Shown here one piece after another: positions 1 through 9,349 of a DNA stretch of 64,000 nucleotides (position 1 is its first letter; the number at the start of each line of letters is the position of its first letter). This DNA comes from Acidobacteriota bacterium (GTDB lineage: Bacteria; Acidobacteriota; UBA6911; RPQK01; JAJDTT01): the NCBI GenBank assembly GCA_965263035.1, contig OZ253580.1, positions 3,712,001 to 3,776,000 of the forward strand, given 5' to 3'. The notes beneath the pieces were generated by a model, which had not been told where the DNA came from, did no database searches, and saw only the letters and a list, made by a program, of their open reading frames with translations. A program made the position numbers and the translations under genes.

Positions 1-1008
1 TCGGCCCGTGACGAACCGCTCGATGTTGTCCCGGATCAGATTGGTGAGCCGCTCGCCCGACCGGTCGGAGCGGGTCGCCACGTGGGGCGTGATGATGACG
101 TTGTCCATCTTCCAGAGAGGATGGCCGGGGGGCAGGGGCTCCGGATCGGTGACGTCCAGGCCGGCGGCCCGGACCTTGCCCGACCGCAGGGCCGCCAGCA
201 GCGCTTCGGTCTGGATCACCTTTCCCCGGGACACGTTCACCACGTAGACGCCCTCCTTCATGGCAGCGAACTCCGCGGCCCCCAGCATTCCTTCCGAGGC
301 GGGCGTGTGGGGCACGCAGCTCACCACCACGTCGGCCTTGGGCAGGACTTTGTGCAACTGGTCCGGAACCACCACTTCCTCCACGTCCCGGCTCAGCGGA
401 ATGTCCTTGGGATCGACGCCCAGCACCCGCATGCCGAACGCCGCGGCGCGTTGGGCCACCTGGGAGCCGATGCCGCCGAGTCCGATGATCACCATGGTCT
501 TGTGACGGAGCTCGATCATGGGCAGCCGGCTCGCCCCGCGTTTCCAGGTTCCACGGTCCATTTCACGGTCGAACTGTTTCAGATTCCGGGTGAGCGTCAG
601 CAGCAGGGCAAAGACGTGGTCGGCGATCTCCGGTCCCATCATGATCTTGGCGTTGGTCACGGTGATATCGCTGTCCCTCAATTCGGGCAAGTGGACGATC
701 TTCTCCACTCCGGCGCTGGTGCTGTGGACCCATCTCAACTTCTTGCCCCGGCGCAGGATCTCCCGGCCCTGATCGCCGTAGGGCAGGCCGATGATGGCGT
801 CGCAGTCGCCGATGAGGCCGGCGATCTCGCCGCGGCCGGCCGCCACCAGCTCCAGGTTGGGCAGTCTCTTCTCCAGGTCCGCCATTTGTTGCTTCTGGCC
901 GGGCGAAACCAGGACCTTCACGGTCGAGGCCAGCCCCAGGATCTGGCTCGGGACCAGTATCCAGAGCAGGCACCAACCCATCGTCTGAAATCCGAAGAGG
1001 CGTTTCAT
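1..1008 (-). CDS. D-2-hydroxyacid dehydrogenase family protein with N-terminal signal-like peptide (3' end runs off window)
   Basis: Not in ORF track; manual minus-strand translation from ATG 1008 (GGAGA RBS upstream) gives MKRLFGFQTMGWCLLWILVP..., WVHSTSAGVE, Rossmann IIGLGGIG, VNVSRG, GLDVTDPEPLP and ITPHVA. Confidence 0.9.
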   Translation of the reverse strand, partial: MKRLFGFQTMGWCLLWILVPSQILGLASTVKVLVSPGQKQQMADLEKRLPNLELVAAGRGEIAGLIGDCDAIIGLPYGDQGREILRRGKKLRWVHSTSAGVEKIVHLPELRDSDITVTNAKIMMGPEIADHVFALLLTLTRNLKQFDREMDRGTWKRGASRLPMIELRHKTMVIIGLGGIGSQVAQRAAAFGMRVLGVDPKDIPLSRDVEEVVVPDQLHKVLPKADVVVSCVPHTPASEGMLGAAEFAAMKEGVYVVNVSRGKVIQTEALLAALRSGKVRAAGLDVTDPEPLPPGHPLWKMDNVIITPHVATRSDRSGERLTNLIRDNIERFVTGR

Positions 1009-1120
1009 AATTGTCTCCTAGGGTGGGATCAAGGTCGAAAACCGACATCGAGTCGGGACACTGGAGCCATTTTGCGACAAACTGTCCAGGAATCAAACCT
1101 GGATCGGAGGTGCAAGAACC

Positions 1121-2077
1121 ATGAGGAAGTGGACACTACTGCTGGTATTGACCCTGTTCCCCCATCTGGCCGGCTCCGGGATCGTCGCCTCGTCAGAGGC
1201 GGCCGAGCCCCCGAAGCGGATCAACAAGGCCATCGAGCTACTGGAGCGAGGGCAGCCCATCTACTACGCGGGAGCCCATGGCGGCTACGAAGAGGGCCGG
1301 AAGATGGCCCGGACCTGGGCCGACTACATCAACTACGAGATGGAGCATGGATCCTACGATGTGACTCTGCTCCGGAAGTTCATGCAGGGTCTGGCGGACG
1401 GCGGTCCCACCCCCAGCGGGCACCGGACACCGGCCGTCATCTGCACCTTGCCGGTGGGCGGGATCGATGAGGCCACCATGAAGGCCAATTACTGGATGGT
1501 GCAGCAGGTCCTGGCCACCGGGGTCCATGGGATCCTGCTCTGCCACGCCCGAACGCCCGGGGCGGTCCAGATCCTGGTGCAGGCCGCCCGCTATCCCTTT
1601 CACCGGCAGGGCGTGGGAACTGGCCTCGGCGAGGGTCTGCGAGGCAGCGGAGGCCAGGGTTTCGCCAGCGGGATCTGGGGTGTCGAAGTGGACCGTTATC
1701 TTGAGATCGCGGACCCCTGGCCTCTGAATCCCCAGGGGGAGATCCTCCTGGGACTCAAGGTGGAAGACCGCCACGCTCTGATCCACGCCGAGGCGAGCGT
1801 GCAGGTGCCGGGCGTCGGATTCGCCGAGTGGGGACCCAGCGACATGGGTTTTTCCTTGCGCTCCACGAAACTCCCGGGCGAGGAGCTGTCCACGCTGATG
1901 CGGACGGCCCGGCAACGGGTCTTTTCCGCCTGCAAGGCCGCCGGGGTCGCCTTCCTCAACGGGGTGCGTGCGGATACGGTGGAAGCCATGATCGACGAGG
2001 GGGTCATGATCGGGTCCGGGGGCCGCGAGGCCGCCGAGAAGGGCCGCAAGTACACCAAGCGGAAGATGCCGTGGTGA
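1121..2077 (+). CDS. HpcH/HpaI aldolase/citrate lyase family protein with signal peptide
   Basis: EMEHG, LATGVHGILLCHA, KVED and WGPSDMGFS motifs; hydrophobic N-terminus MRKWTLLLVLTLFP. Confidence 0.8.
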   Translation: MRKWTLLLVLTLFPHLAGSGIVASSEAAEPPKRINKAIELLERGQPIYYAGAHGGYEEGRKMARTWADYINYEMEHGSYDVTLLRKFMQGLADGGPTPSGHRTPAVICTLPVGGIDEATMKANYWMVQQVLATGVHGILLCHARTPGAVQILVQAARYPFHRQGVGTGLGEGLRGSGGQGFASGIWGVEVDRYLEIADPWPLNPQGEILLGLKVEDRHALIHAEASVQVPGVGFAEWGPSDMGFSLRSTKLPGEELSTLMRTARQRVFSACKAAGVAFLNGVRADTVEAMIDEGVMIGSGGREAAEKGRKYTKRKMPW

Positions 2078-2116
2078 GTCAGGATCCCGAGCAGTTGGAT
2101 CTTGACGCGAAGGACG

Positions 2117-4798
2117 TCAGGCGCCTGGCGGGCCGGCCACGATCCGTTTTGCCACAACTTCTTGGCCGGAACGCGCGGTGGCGATGACCGTCTCCCCGGG
2201 CTCGACGCCGATGAGCCCAGGGACGGGAAGCCTTCCGTCCGGAAGCGTTCGCGCGCCGCGCAGGGGCCTGCCATCGGTCCTTGACAGCAGGATGTCCGCG
2301 TCAGGTAGCAACCGGGTGGCGGGCAGGGAGCAGGTAGGGGTTCTCCCGGTGCGGGACGCCAATTCCTGGACCTGGCCCCCGCCGCGGGGCCGTTCGGCCG
2401 GCGGGTCCACCAGGTTGCGCACCCGCAGACCGATGGCCGGGTCTTCCCCTCTCGGGTCGAACTCCATTTCCAGGAAATTCCAGTAGAACGGACCGGCCAG
2501 CTTGCGCAGGTCCGGCGTGTCGTAGCTCTGATGGTAGAGTGCCTTGACGGCCACCTTCCGGCCGTCGAAGTCGGTCATGCGGGGCCCGAAACCCTCCTTG
2601 ACACCTCGGCCTCCGCTCCGGCCGATGGGTCCGAAGGAACACTCGAAGACGCGGTGCTCCAAATTCTGCAGGATCATGCCCGTATGCACGTCCCCGTAGA
2701 CGGTGGTCACGCCCGTGCGGGAGCCGAGCAGTTCCAGGACCCGGCTCGCTCCGGCCGCGACCCATCCGGCATAGTCGGCTGAGACGCGGTCGCGCTCGCC
2801 GAGACTGGTCTTGGCGTCGGCCCGCCGGCCGTCCCCGGTCCAGATGGTGTGAAGGCCGTTGATTCCGGTCAGGCAGATCAGAGGCGAGGAATCCGTGCGA
2901 ATCGTCTCGCGCAGCCAGGCGAACTGTTCCTCGCCCAGGAGGCTGCGGGTGACGTCGGTCCTCGGGTAGAGGTTCTCCTTGGCGCCCCAACCCTGGTCAT
3001 CCCAGATATTTGTGTCCTGGCTCGAGCGCCAGAGCCTGGAATCGAGGATGAGCAGGCTGAAATCACCCTTGGGCATCTTCCAGCGCCTCCATTTCTTGGG
3101 ATTCCCGGTCGCCGAAGGAGCCTCGTCTCCCGTCACCAGATGGTGGACGATCTGGAAGTTGCGCCGCATGTAGTCCCGGTCCTGACCGAGATCCTCGTGG
3201 GCTCGGATCGCGATCTGTTCCGGACCCTTCACGTCGTCCATGCCGTAGTCGTGGTCGCCGGGATTGATGGTGTTCCAGTGGCGCATCATCTGCCAGCGCG
3301 TCGTCGGCCCGCAGAGCGTGGTGGTGACGATCTTGTACGCGTCGTCGGGGGAGGGCGGGTACAGAAGGAGCTCCATGTACCAGACATCGTCCTCCCACAT
3401 CATGACCTGGAATCCGTAGTCGCCCAGGTGCCGGTAGGCGCCCGGCGTGGGCTGGTCGTGGACGAAGAAGCCTCCACCCGGTCCCGCGTCGGGCAGATTC
3501 GGTTGGCTCCCGCTGATGGCATGGCAGGAGAGGCCGCACAGCCGGTAGGGGGCCGAGAGCCTGGGGAGCCGGCCCACATAAGCGCCGCTGTTGGGCACGT
3601 CTCCGACTTGGCCGGTTCCGATGCCGACGGCGTCGCTGCCCAGCCTGGAATCCGCCGTCACATCGCGGCCGTCCTTCCAGACCGTGTAGTAGAGGTCCGT
3701 ATCCGCGGGGTTGCGCGGCAGCGTGGTGTCGATCACGGTCGTGTTGCGCCGGAAGTCGTTGTTGACGATGGACGCCTGTCCCGCCACCGGAACCAACTCC
3801 CAGCCGCCGGCCGGATCCGGCGTATCCGCGACTCGCACCACCGCCTTCGTCCCTTCACGGCGGAACAGGGCAATGAATCGCACGCGCCAGGCGTCGCCTG
3901 CTTGGCGCAGGGTGTCCCCCAGGGCGTAGCAGACGTGGCACTCGTTGATCCGCGGGTCCAGCGGGCTGTTCTCGCCGGGGTCGATGGTGAATTTGCCGAC
4001 CTCGAAGTCCAGGAGGCCACGCCCCGCGATCCCGGCGAAGCCCTGGAGGTGTCTTGCCCGGTTCAGGTTCTCGACCTGGATCTCGGCCATGCGGCCGCGT
4101 CCCTCGATGTCCAGCGATGCCGAAACGGTCCCCTTGTCGGCATCGTCCCCCGAGACGGCCACTACGATCCGGAAACGGTCCCCAGCCGATGGCCTCGGAA
4201 CCCGCTCGATGGCAATGACCGCGTCCGAACCGTGCTCCCGGATTCCGAAAGTGCCATCGTCGGTCCAGGCGGCGATCCACGCCGCCTTCCCGTCCGGGCC
4301 GGACATGCCGAAGGACTCGTACAGAGTCGACGAACCGAAGGAGAGGCCTATCAGGCCGTACCCCTCCTGGTACATCCGCCACTTCGGGTCGTCCTGCTCC
4401 GACGGACCGTGCGAAGGAGCGTGAACCCGTCCCGTCATTTCAAGCTTGTAGTTCCCGGTCAGACGCCAATGCCGGTGCCAGATCAACCCCGGCGGGAGGG
4501 TGGGGTCGTAGTCGACCGGCATGGTGTGGCTCCCCAGCCGATCTCCGTGAGTCTCGTAGTGATAGGGGAATCCGGTGTTGCGGGCGCGGTCGCCGACATT
4601 GTGAATTCGCCGTCGAAGGGCGTTGTTGCGGATGCTCCAATAGCCGGGATTCAGCGTCTCCCAGTCGTCCCCGTGGTGCAGGGAGTCAGGCCGCCGGAAG
4701 GAAACCGAATGCGCCCGAGTCGTCCCGGTGGAGACCGACGCCACCGCCGTAACTGTCGCTGCCTGCAAGAACGTCCTGCGATCGATGGCGTTATTCAT
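2117..4798 (-). CDS. Tat-exported PhoD-like metallophosphatase with long N-terminal extension
   Basis: DRRTFLQAA twin-arginine signal; PGDHDYG, LDSRLWRS, SLLGEEQFAWL and YGDVH PhoD-type motifs. Confidence 0.75.
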   Translation of the reverse strand: MNNAIDRRTFLQAATVTAVASVSTGTTRAHSVSFRRPDSLHHGDDWETLNPGYWSIRNNALRRRIHNVGDRARNTGFPYHYETHGDRLGSHTMPVDYDPTLPPGLIWHRHWRLTGNYKLEMTGRVHAPSHGPSEQDDPKWRMYQEGYGLIGLSFGSSTLYESFGMSGPDGKAAWIAAWTDDGTFGIREHGSDAVIAIERVPRPSAGDRFRIVVAVSGDDADKGTVSASLDIEGRGRMAEIQVENLNRARHLQGFAGIAGRGLLDFEVGKFTIDPGENSPLDPRINECHVCYALGDTLRQAGDAWRVRFIALFRREGTKAVVRVADTPDPAGGWELVPVAGQASIVNNDFRRNTTVIDTTLPRNPADTDLYYTVWKDGRDVTADSRLGSDAVGIGTGQVGDVPNSGAYVGRLPRLSAPYRLCGLSCHAISGSQPNLPDAGPGGGFFVHDQPTPGAYRHLGDYGFQVMMWEDDVWYMELLLYPPSPDDAYKIVTTTLCGPTTRWQMMRHWNTINPGDHDYGMDDVKGPEQIAIRAHEDLGQDRDYMRRNFQIVHHLVTGDEAPSATGNPKKWRRWKMPKGDFSLLILDSRLWRSSQDTNIWDDQGWGAKENLYPRTDVTRSLLGEEQFAWLRETIRTDSSPLICLTGINGLHTIWTGDGRRADAKTSLGERDRVSADYAGWVAAGASRVLELLGSRTGVTTVYGDVHTGMILQNLEHRVFECSFGPIGRSGGRGVKEGFGPRMTDFDGRKVAVKALYHQSYDTPDLRKLAGPFYWNFLEMEFDPRGEDPAIGLRVRNLVDPPAERPRGGGQVQELASRTGRTPTCSLPATRLLPDADILLSRTDGRPLRGARTLPDGRLPVPGLIGVEPGETVIATARSGQEVVAKRIVAGPPGA

Positions 4799-4891
4799 CT
4801 TGTGCCTATCCTACCAAGGGGGCCGCGAAGGGGTCCGGGGGATGGGACGGATTCATCGCCGGCCGCAACCCTGGCCAGCTCTGGGACCGTT

Positions 4892-5446
4892 TCAGTTATG
4901 GCACAGCTTGCAGGCCTGCTCTCGGCTCACGATCAGATGGTCCGCCGCGGTGGAGCCATGGGCGTTGTGGCATTGCCCACAATTCCGCAGGACGTGGGGC
5001 GCGTGCTGGTGGGTCTCGACGAAAGAGGCCTTGCCGTGACAGGAGAAGCAGCTTCTCTTGGAGCGGAAACGTCCCCGCCGGCTCACCGTGTGACATTGTT
5101 GGCAGTCGATGGCGAACGGGGGATGCAGGCGGAAGGAAGCGAAGCCCTCGGGCGCTCCCTCTCCCACGAAAAAGCGGATCTCACGGCGTCCGCCCTCCCA
5201 GACCAGCGCCAGCGAGTGCTCACCGGGAGCCGGAGTCAACTTGGCATGGAAAACGTTGGGAAAGGGTTCCTGGGCGGGAAGGACCTGGCCGTCCAGTTCC
5301 AGCCGGCCCCCGGGGCCGGTGGCCGCGATGCTGATCTCTCCCTCGGGCAGGATCGACTGGTCGGACGGCCGGACGATCTTTCCCTCCTGACCGGCGGAGG
5401 CCGGGGAGAGCAGACCGAGAATTGCGGCGGCAACCAGGGTTCTCAC
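4892..5446 (-). CDS. Periplasmic tetraheme c-type cytochrome (cytochrome c3-like)
   Basis: Four CxxCH motifs (CQQCH, CFSCH, CGQCH, CKLCH); signal peptide; GTG start overlaps the upstream stop. Confidence 0.85.
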   Translation of the reverse strand: MRTLVAAAILGLLSPASAGQEGKIVRPSDQSILPEGEISIAATGPGGRLELDGQVLPAQEPFPNVFHAKLTPAPGEHSLALVWEGGRREIRFFVGEGAPEGFASFRLHPPFAIDCQQCHTVSRRGRFRSKRSCFSCHGKASFVETHQHAPHVLRNCGQCHNAHGSTAADHLIVSREQACKLCHN

Positions 5447-6210
5447 AGGTGGAGCCGGCAGATGTAACCCGAGTATCGGCTCTTCGTATCGACCCCGCCG
5501 GGACCGATGCCGGCGTCCGTGTAGTAGAAGACCCCCTGGTGGAGGGTCATCCCATGGGGATCGGGGTCGGACCGGCTCAACTGGATGGCCTCCATGATGC
5601 GGCCGTCTTTGGCGTCCAGCCGGTGGATCACGTAGTCATTGGAGAACATGCACCAGATGGAGCCGTCGTCCCACGCCAGGCCGTGGGCCCGCCCCAGGGT
5701 CACCGGGACGGAGTGACGGATGCGGAAATCGGGATCCACCTGGGTCAGGCTCTCGCTGCTCAGGGTGGTGATCCAGAGGGTGTTCTCGGCCCAGGTGAGG
5801 CCGTGCACGCCTCCGCCGCCGGGGATCGGATGCCGTGCCAGCGTCTTGCCCGTTTCCGGATCGACCTTCAGCACCCGGCCGGTCTTGGCGTCGGTGGGTC
5901 TGGGCTCCCTTCTCAGAGCGGGTCCGTTGGCCGCCATCCAGAGGTAACCGCCGCCGTAGGCCATGCCGCTGGTGTTGGTGGACTCGGTAGGGACCTCCCG
6001 CAACGGCTTGCCCGTCTTCCAGTCCAGGAGATAGGCCTTGTTGGTGAGCTGCTCGCCGACCCAGAGGCCGTCGCCGGTGGCCTCCAAGGCGTTGGGATAG
6101 CGGTCGGGAGAGGGCCAAAGGGGCTCCACCCTGGGCTTGCGGACCGGATAATCCCTGGGCCCCAGTGCGGCTGCCGCCAACAGTTCCAGAAATTCTCTGC
6201 GATAGAACAT
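5443..6210 (-). CDS. Tat-exported beta-propeller protein (glutaminyl cyclase/Vgb-like)
   Basis: True start is probably ATG 6210 (MFYRREFLELLAAAA), overlapping the upstream TGA; repeats SGMAYGGGYLW, HGLTWAENTLW, HGLAWDDGSIW. The longer 594-aa track ORF extension is spurious. Confidence 0.7.
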   Translation of the reverse strand: MFYRREFLELLAAAALGPRDYPVRKPRVEPLWPSPDRYPNALEATGDGLWVGEQLTNKAYLLDWKTGKPLREVPTESTNTSGMAYGGGYLWMAANGPALRREPRPTDAKTGRVLKVDPETGKTLARHPIPGGGGVHGLTWAENTLWITTLSSESLTQVDPDFRIRHSVPVTLGRAHGLAWDDGSIWCMFSNDYVIHRLDAKDGRIMEAIQLSRSDPDPHGMTLHQGVFYYTDAGIGPGGVDTKSRYSGYICRLHL

Positions 6211-7415
6211 CAGATACTCCGAATCCGAACCAGGGACTTGTCGATGTCGGCAATTCCAGCGACGCCGGCCATCCCCATATCCAGCGCCAGCTCTACCCGG
6301 AGCAGTTCCAGTACCCGGGAGACTCCCCGGTGGCCGAAGCAGGTCAGCCCCCAGAGATAGGGACGAGCCACACCCACCGCCGTAGCTCCCAGAGCTAGGG
6401 CCTTCAGAATGTCGCCGCCGCGTCGAAACCCTCCATCCACCAGTACGGGCAGGCGGCCTTTGGCCGCGGCGACGCACTCGGGCAGAGCCTCGATGGTGCC
6501 GCCCACGTGATCCAGTTGCCGGGCCCCGTGGTTGGAGACGACGACCGCCGCCACGCCCCGCTCCGCGCACTTGGCGGTGTCCTCGGCCGTCATGACGCCC
6601 TTGATCATGAGCGGCAGATCCGTCATCTCCATCAGCCGGTCGATCGTCTCCCAGGTCGGAGTGGGAAAGGGCCGCTCGGGATAGACGCCGGTCCGCCAAG
6701 GGCGGTCCTGGGGCTGGTAGATCAGATTGCCGTCGGCGTCCCTGGGGATTCCGGTTTCGCACCAGCGGCGCACGAATCGGTGGTAGATGCTCCGTTCCCG
6801 GTAGGAGACATGCATGTTGTCGACGGTGAAGCAGATGCCGCCGGCCCCCAGATCCTCCAGCCGCTCCACGAAGTCCAGCATGGTGTCTTCGGTTCTGAAC
6901 TCTCCGCCGGTGGTGTACTGCCACCATGGCTCGGGTCCCTCGCCCGACTCCAGGAATTCGTCGATGCCGCCGTTGGTGACGAACATGGCTCCGGAAGCCG
7001 CCGCGCCGCGGGCGGCCTCCTCTTCTCCCCCCGGAAAGAAGCAGTTCTTGCCGCCGGCCGGACAGACGAAGATGGGATAGTCCAGTTTCCGTCCCAGGAA
7101 ATCGACCGAGGTGTCGATCTTGTGGACGTCGGTCAGGATCTTGGGCCGGAGGATGATCCGCTCGAAGGCCCTCCGGTTGTCGCGGAGGGACACTTCGTCC
7201 TGGGAGCCTTCGGCCATGTAGTCCCACGCCACCGGGTCCAGTTTGGACTGGGCCAACTTGGCGAAGTCGAACACGTTGACCAGATCCAGAAGCTGCTTCT
7301 GGTTTTCCGGGGACGAAAGCGCGGATTCGAGCAGGCCGGACCGTCCCGCCAGAAGTGGTGAAGAGATCAGGAACTGGGCAAAGGCTGCTAGGGCGTGACG
7401 TCGAGTGAGCATCAA
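6210..7415 (-). CDS. FMN-dependent alpha-hydroxy acid dehydrogenase/oxidase (LldD/glycolate oxidase family) with Tat signal
   Basis: TRRHALAAF Tat motif; AWDYMAEGS, IKGVMTAED, catalytic SNHGARQLD and DGGFRRGGDILKALALGA. Confidence 0.9.
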   Translation of the reverse strand: MMLTRRHALAAFAQFLISSPLLAGRSGLLESALSSPENQKQLLDLVNVFDFAKLAQSKLDPVAWDYMAEGSQDEVSLRDNRRAFERIILRPKILTDVHKIDTSVDFLGRKLDYPIFVCPAGGKNCFFPGGEEEAARGAAASGAMFVTNGGIDEFLESGEGPEPWWQYTTGGEFRTEDTMLDFVERLEDLGAGGICFTVDNMHVSYRERSIYHRFVRRWCETGIPRDADGNLIYQPQDRPWRTGVYPERPFPTPTWETIDRLMEMTDLPLMIKGVMTAEDTAKCAERGVAAVVVSNHGARQLDHVGGTIEALPECVAAAKGRLPVLVDGGFRRGGDILKALALGATAVGVARPYLWGLTCFGHRGVSRVLELLRVELALDMGMAGVAGIADIDKSLVRIRSI

Positions 7416-7450
7416 GGACGATCGGTTTTTCGGCAGACCCGCTTCGGGTT

Positions 7451-7460
7451 CAGTCTAGCA
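7451..7460 (-). promoter_or_regulatory. Putative extended -10 promoter (TGcTAGACT) upstream of the hydroxy-acid dehydrogenase operon
   Basis: Minus strand reads ACTGCTAGACTG about 35 nt upstream of the start; the same TGcTAGACT motif precedes yjjX. Confidence 0.4.
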
Positions 7461-7576
7461 GTTGCCGGACTGCCCCGAAACCCGGCACCTACGCCAAAGG
7501 GGTGAACCGTAGCCTCGGCGCTTGGTCGCGGCCGGAGCGCTTGTGGAATAATTGCCGCCCAACCGGGAGGGGTGCC

Positions 7577-8569
7577 ATGGAGTTGACCTGGGAGCCGACG
7601 GACGCGGACCGGGAGTTGTTCGACAGGGAGTTGGACAGCTTCGTCCCGGACCGGATCTACGACGTCCACGCCCACCTGTACGAGCTGTGGCAATGGAAGA
7701 AGCCGACGATCCTGGAGGGAGGGCCCGAGAAGCTGCCCCTGGAGCGGTACCAGGAAGAGATCAAGTGGATCACTCCGGGACGGGAGACCCACGCCCTGTT
7801 CTTCGGCGGCGGGCTCCACGAGGAGACTTTCCGGGCCTCCAACGAGTACGTGGCGGCCCAAGTGGCCAAGGACCCGGCCTCACGGTCGCTTCTCATCGTC
7901 TCCCCGCACATGGATCCGGAGGAGGTGCGCCAGGAGGTCCGGCGGCTTTCCATGGCGGGTTTGAAGGTGTACCAGCATTTCGCTCCGGGCGAGGAGACTT
8001 GGGAAGCGGAAATCGAGGAGTTCCTGACCGAAGAGCATGTAAGGGTGGCGCATGAAGAAGAACTGGTCATCATGCTCCACATGGTCAAGAGCCGGGCTCT
8101 GGCGGACCCGGTCAACCAGGCTACCATTCGACACTACTGCGAAGCCTATCCCAGGATGCGGCTGGTCCTGGCGCACTCAGGCACCGCCTTCAATCCCCAT
8201 CACACCGCCGCAGGCATCCACTCCCTGGCGGGCCTCGACAACGTCTGGTTCGATACCTCCGCCATGACCGAGACGGGCGCCTTCGAACCCATCGTCCGGC
8301 AGTTCGGCCACACTCGCCTGATGTGGGGGTCCGACTATCCCATCAGCCATCTGCGGGGGCGTTGTGTCGCCATCGGCGACAATCACATCTGGCTGTACGA
8401 GAACAACGTGGACTGGGACACCATCTCCTACCGGAATATCCGGCCCGTCTACCTGGGCCTGGAATCACTGCGGGCGCTCAAGGTGGCGGCCTGGAACCTG
8501 CGCCTGTCGGACTCCCAGATCGAGGACGTCTTCTGGACCAACGCCCGCAAGCTGTTGCGACTGGAGTAG
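7577..8569 (+). CDS. Amidohydrolase_2 family metal-dependent hydrolase
   Basis: DVHAH, GLKVY, LAHSG, WFDTSA and MWGSDYP motifs; GGAGG RBS before ATG 7577. Confidence 0.85.
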   Translation: MELTWEPTDADRELFDRELDSFVPDRIYDVHAHLYELWQWKKPTILEGGPEKLPLERYQEEIKWITPGRETHALFFGGGLHEETFRASNEYVAAQVAKDPASRSLLIVSPHMDPEEVRQEVRRLSMAGLKVYQHFAPGEETWEAEIEEFLTEEHVRVAHEEELVIMLHMVKSRALADPVNQATIRHYCEAYPRMRLVLAHSGTAFNPHHTAAGIHSLAGLDNVWFDTSAMTETGAFEPIVRQFGHTRLMWGSDYPISHLRGRCVAIGDNHIWLYENNVDWDTISYRNIRPVYLGLESLRALKVAAWNLRLSDSQIEDVFWTNARKLLRLE

Positions 8570-8617
8570 CCCCCCGGGCCGATGCGGCGCTGCTTGCTCC
8601 GGCGGTCCGGCGCCCGG

Positions 8618-8800
8618 CTACTTGTCCCGAATCTGGACCAGCAACAGGGTGACGGCGAAGGCCAGGAAGCCGACGGCCCCTCTCCAATAGACCACCGCCT
8701 CGTATCCCAGCAGATTCCCCCCTGACAGGAAGCGGGACAGAGTCCCCGAGACGAAAGCCAGGGCGGCCAAGAGGATCAGGGCGTTGATCAGTCGATTCAT
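8618..8800 (-). CDS. Small 60-aa two-TM membrane protein (copy 1, intact)
   Basis: MNRLINALILLAALAF...VQIRDK; GGGGAG RBS; paralog at 12603-12818. Confidence 0.7.
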   Translation of the reverse strand: MNRLINALILLAALAFVSGTLSRFLSGGNLLGYEAVVYWRGAVGFLAFAVTLLLVQIRDK

Positions 8801-8908
8801 GGAAGCTCCCCTTCTTGCCCGGTCAAGCACGGAGTGGCCAAGCGTTCTGCTGCTCGACGAAAATACGGGCCGGAATCAATCTCGGATAATCGTGTGGATC
8901 ATCGCCCA

Positions 8909-9349
8909 TCACCTTCTGTGAGGAGGCGGGTGTCGCGACTGGTATTGAGAGACCTGCAATGCGACCTCCTCGGTCGCTCGAATGAGCGCCTCGACCAAAG
9001 GCTCGTTGACGTCGATATCGCCTTCGTATTCGGACAGGTTCCGTTTTCGATGGGCTTGGTCCAGCACGCGCCATTTTTGGTTCGGAAAATCCAGCGTTTG
9101 GCGGAGTCATTGAAACACGATGTAGCGGTTTCTGGCCCGATACCCGGCGATCCGCAACGCCGCCAACGATAACGCGTGCGCCGCGTTATACGCCAAGTCG
9201 AAACGGGACTCGATACTCAGATCGCTGTTTTTCGCGTCTTTCAGTCGCGCCAATCCCGATCGGATCAGGCCGGCGACTTCTCCGGTCGCCGGCGTTTCCT
9301 CCTTGAGAACGCCGATCCTTACGAGATTGTCGAGTCCTTCATGCGGCAT
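8909..9349 (-). pseudogene. HEPN-domain toxin (MNT-associated) interrupted by in-frame TGA at 9107-9109
   Basis: Frame continues past the TGA: ...RYIVFQ*LRQTLDFPNQKWRVLDQAHRKRNLSEYEGDIDV... to TGA at 8909; Rx4Y-type HEPN motif lies after the stop; gene overlaps the MNT gene end. Confidence 0.75.

Noticed and set aside
6211-7227. N-terminal extension of the 594-aa track ORF 5443-7227
   Set aside because: Overlaps the FMN dehydrogenase in another frame; the Tat signal and stop/start coupling place the real start at 6210.
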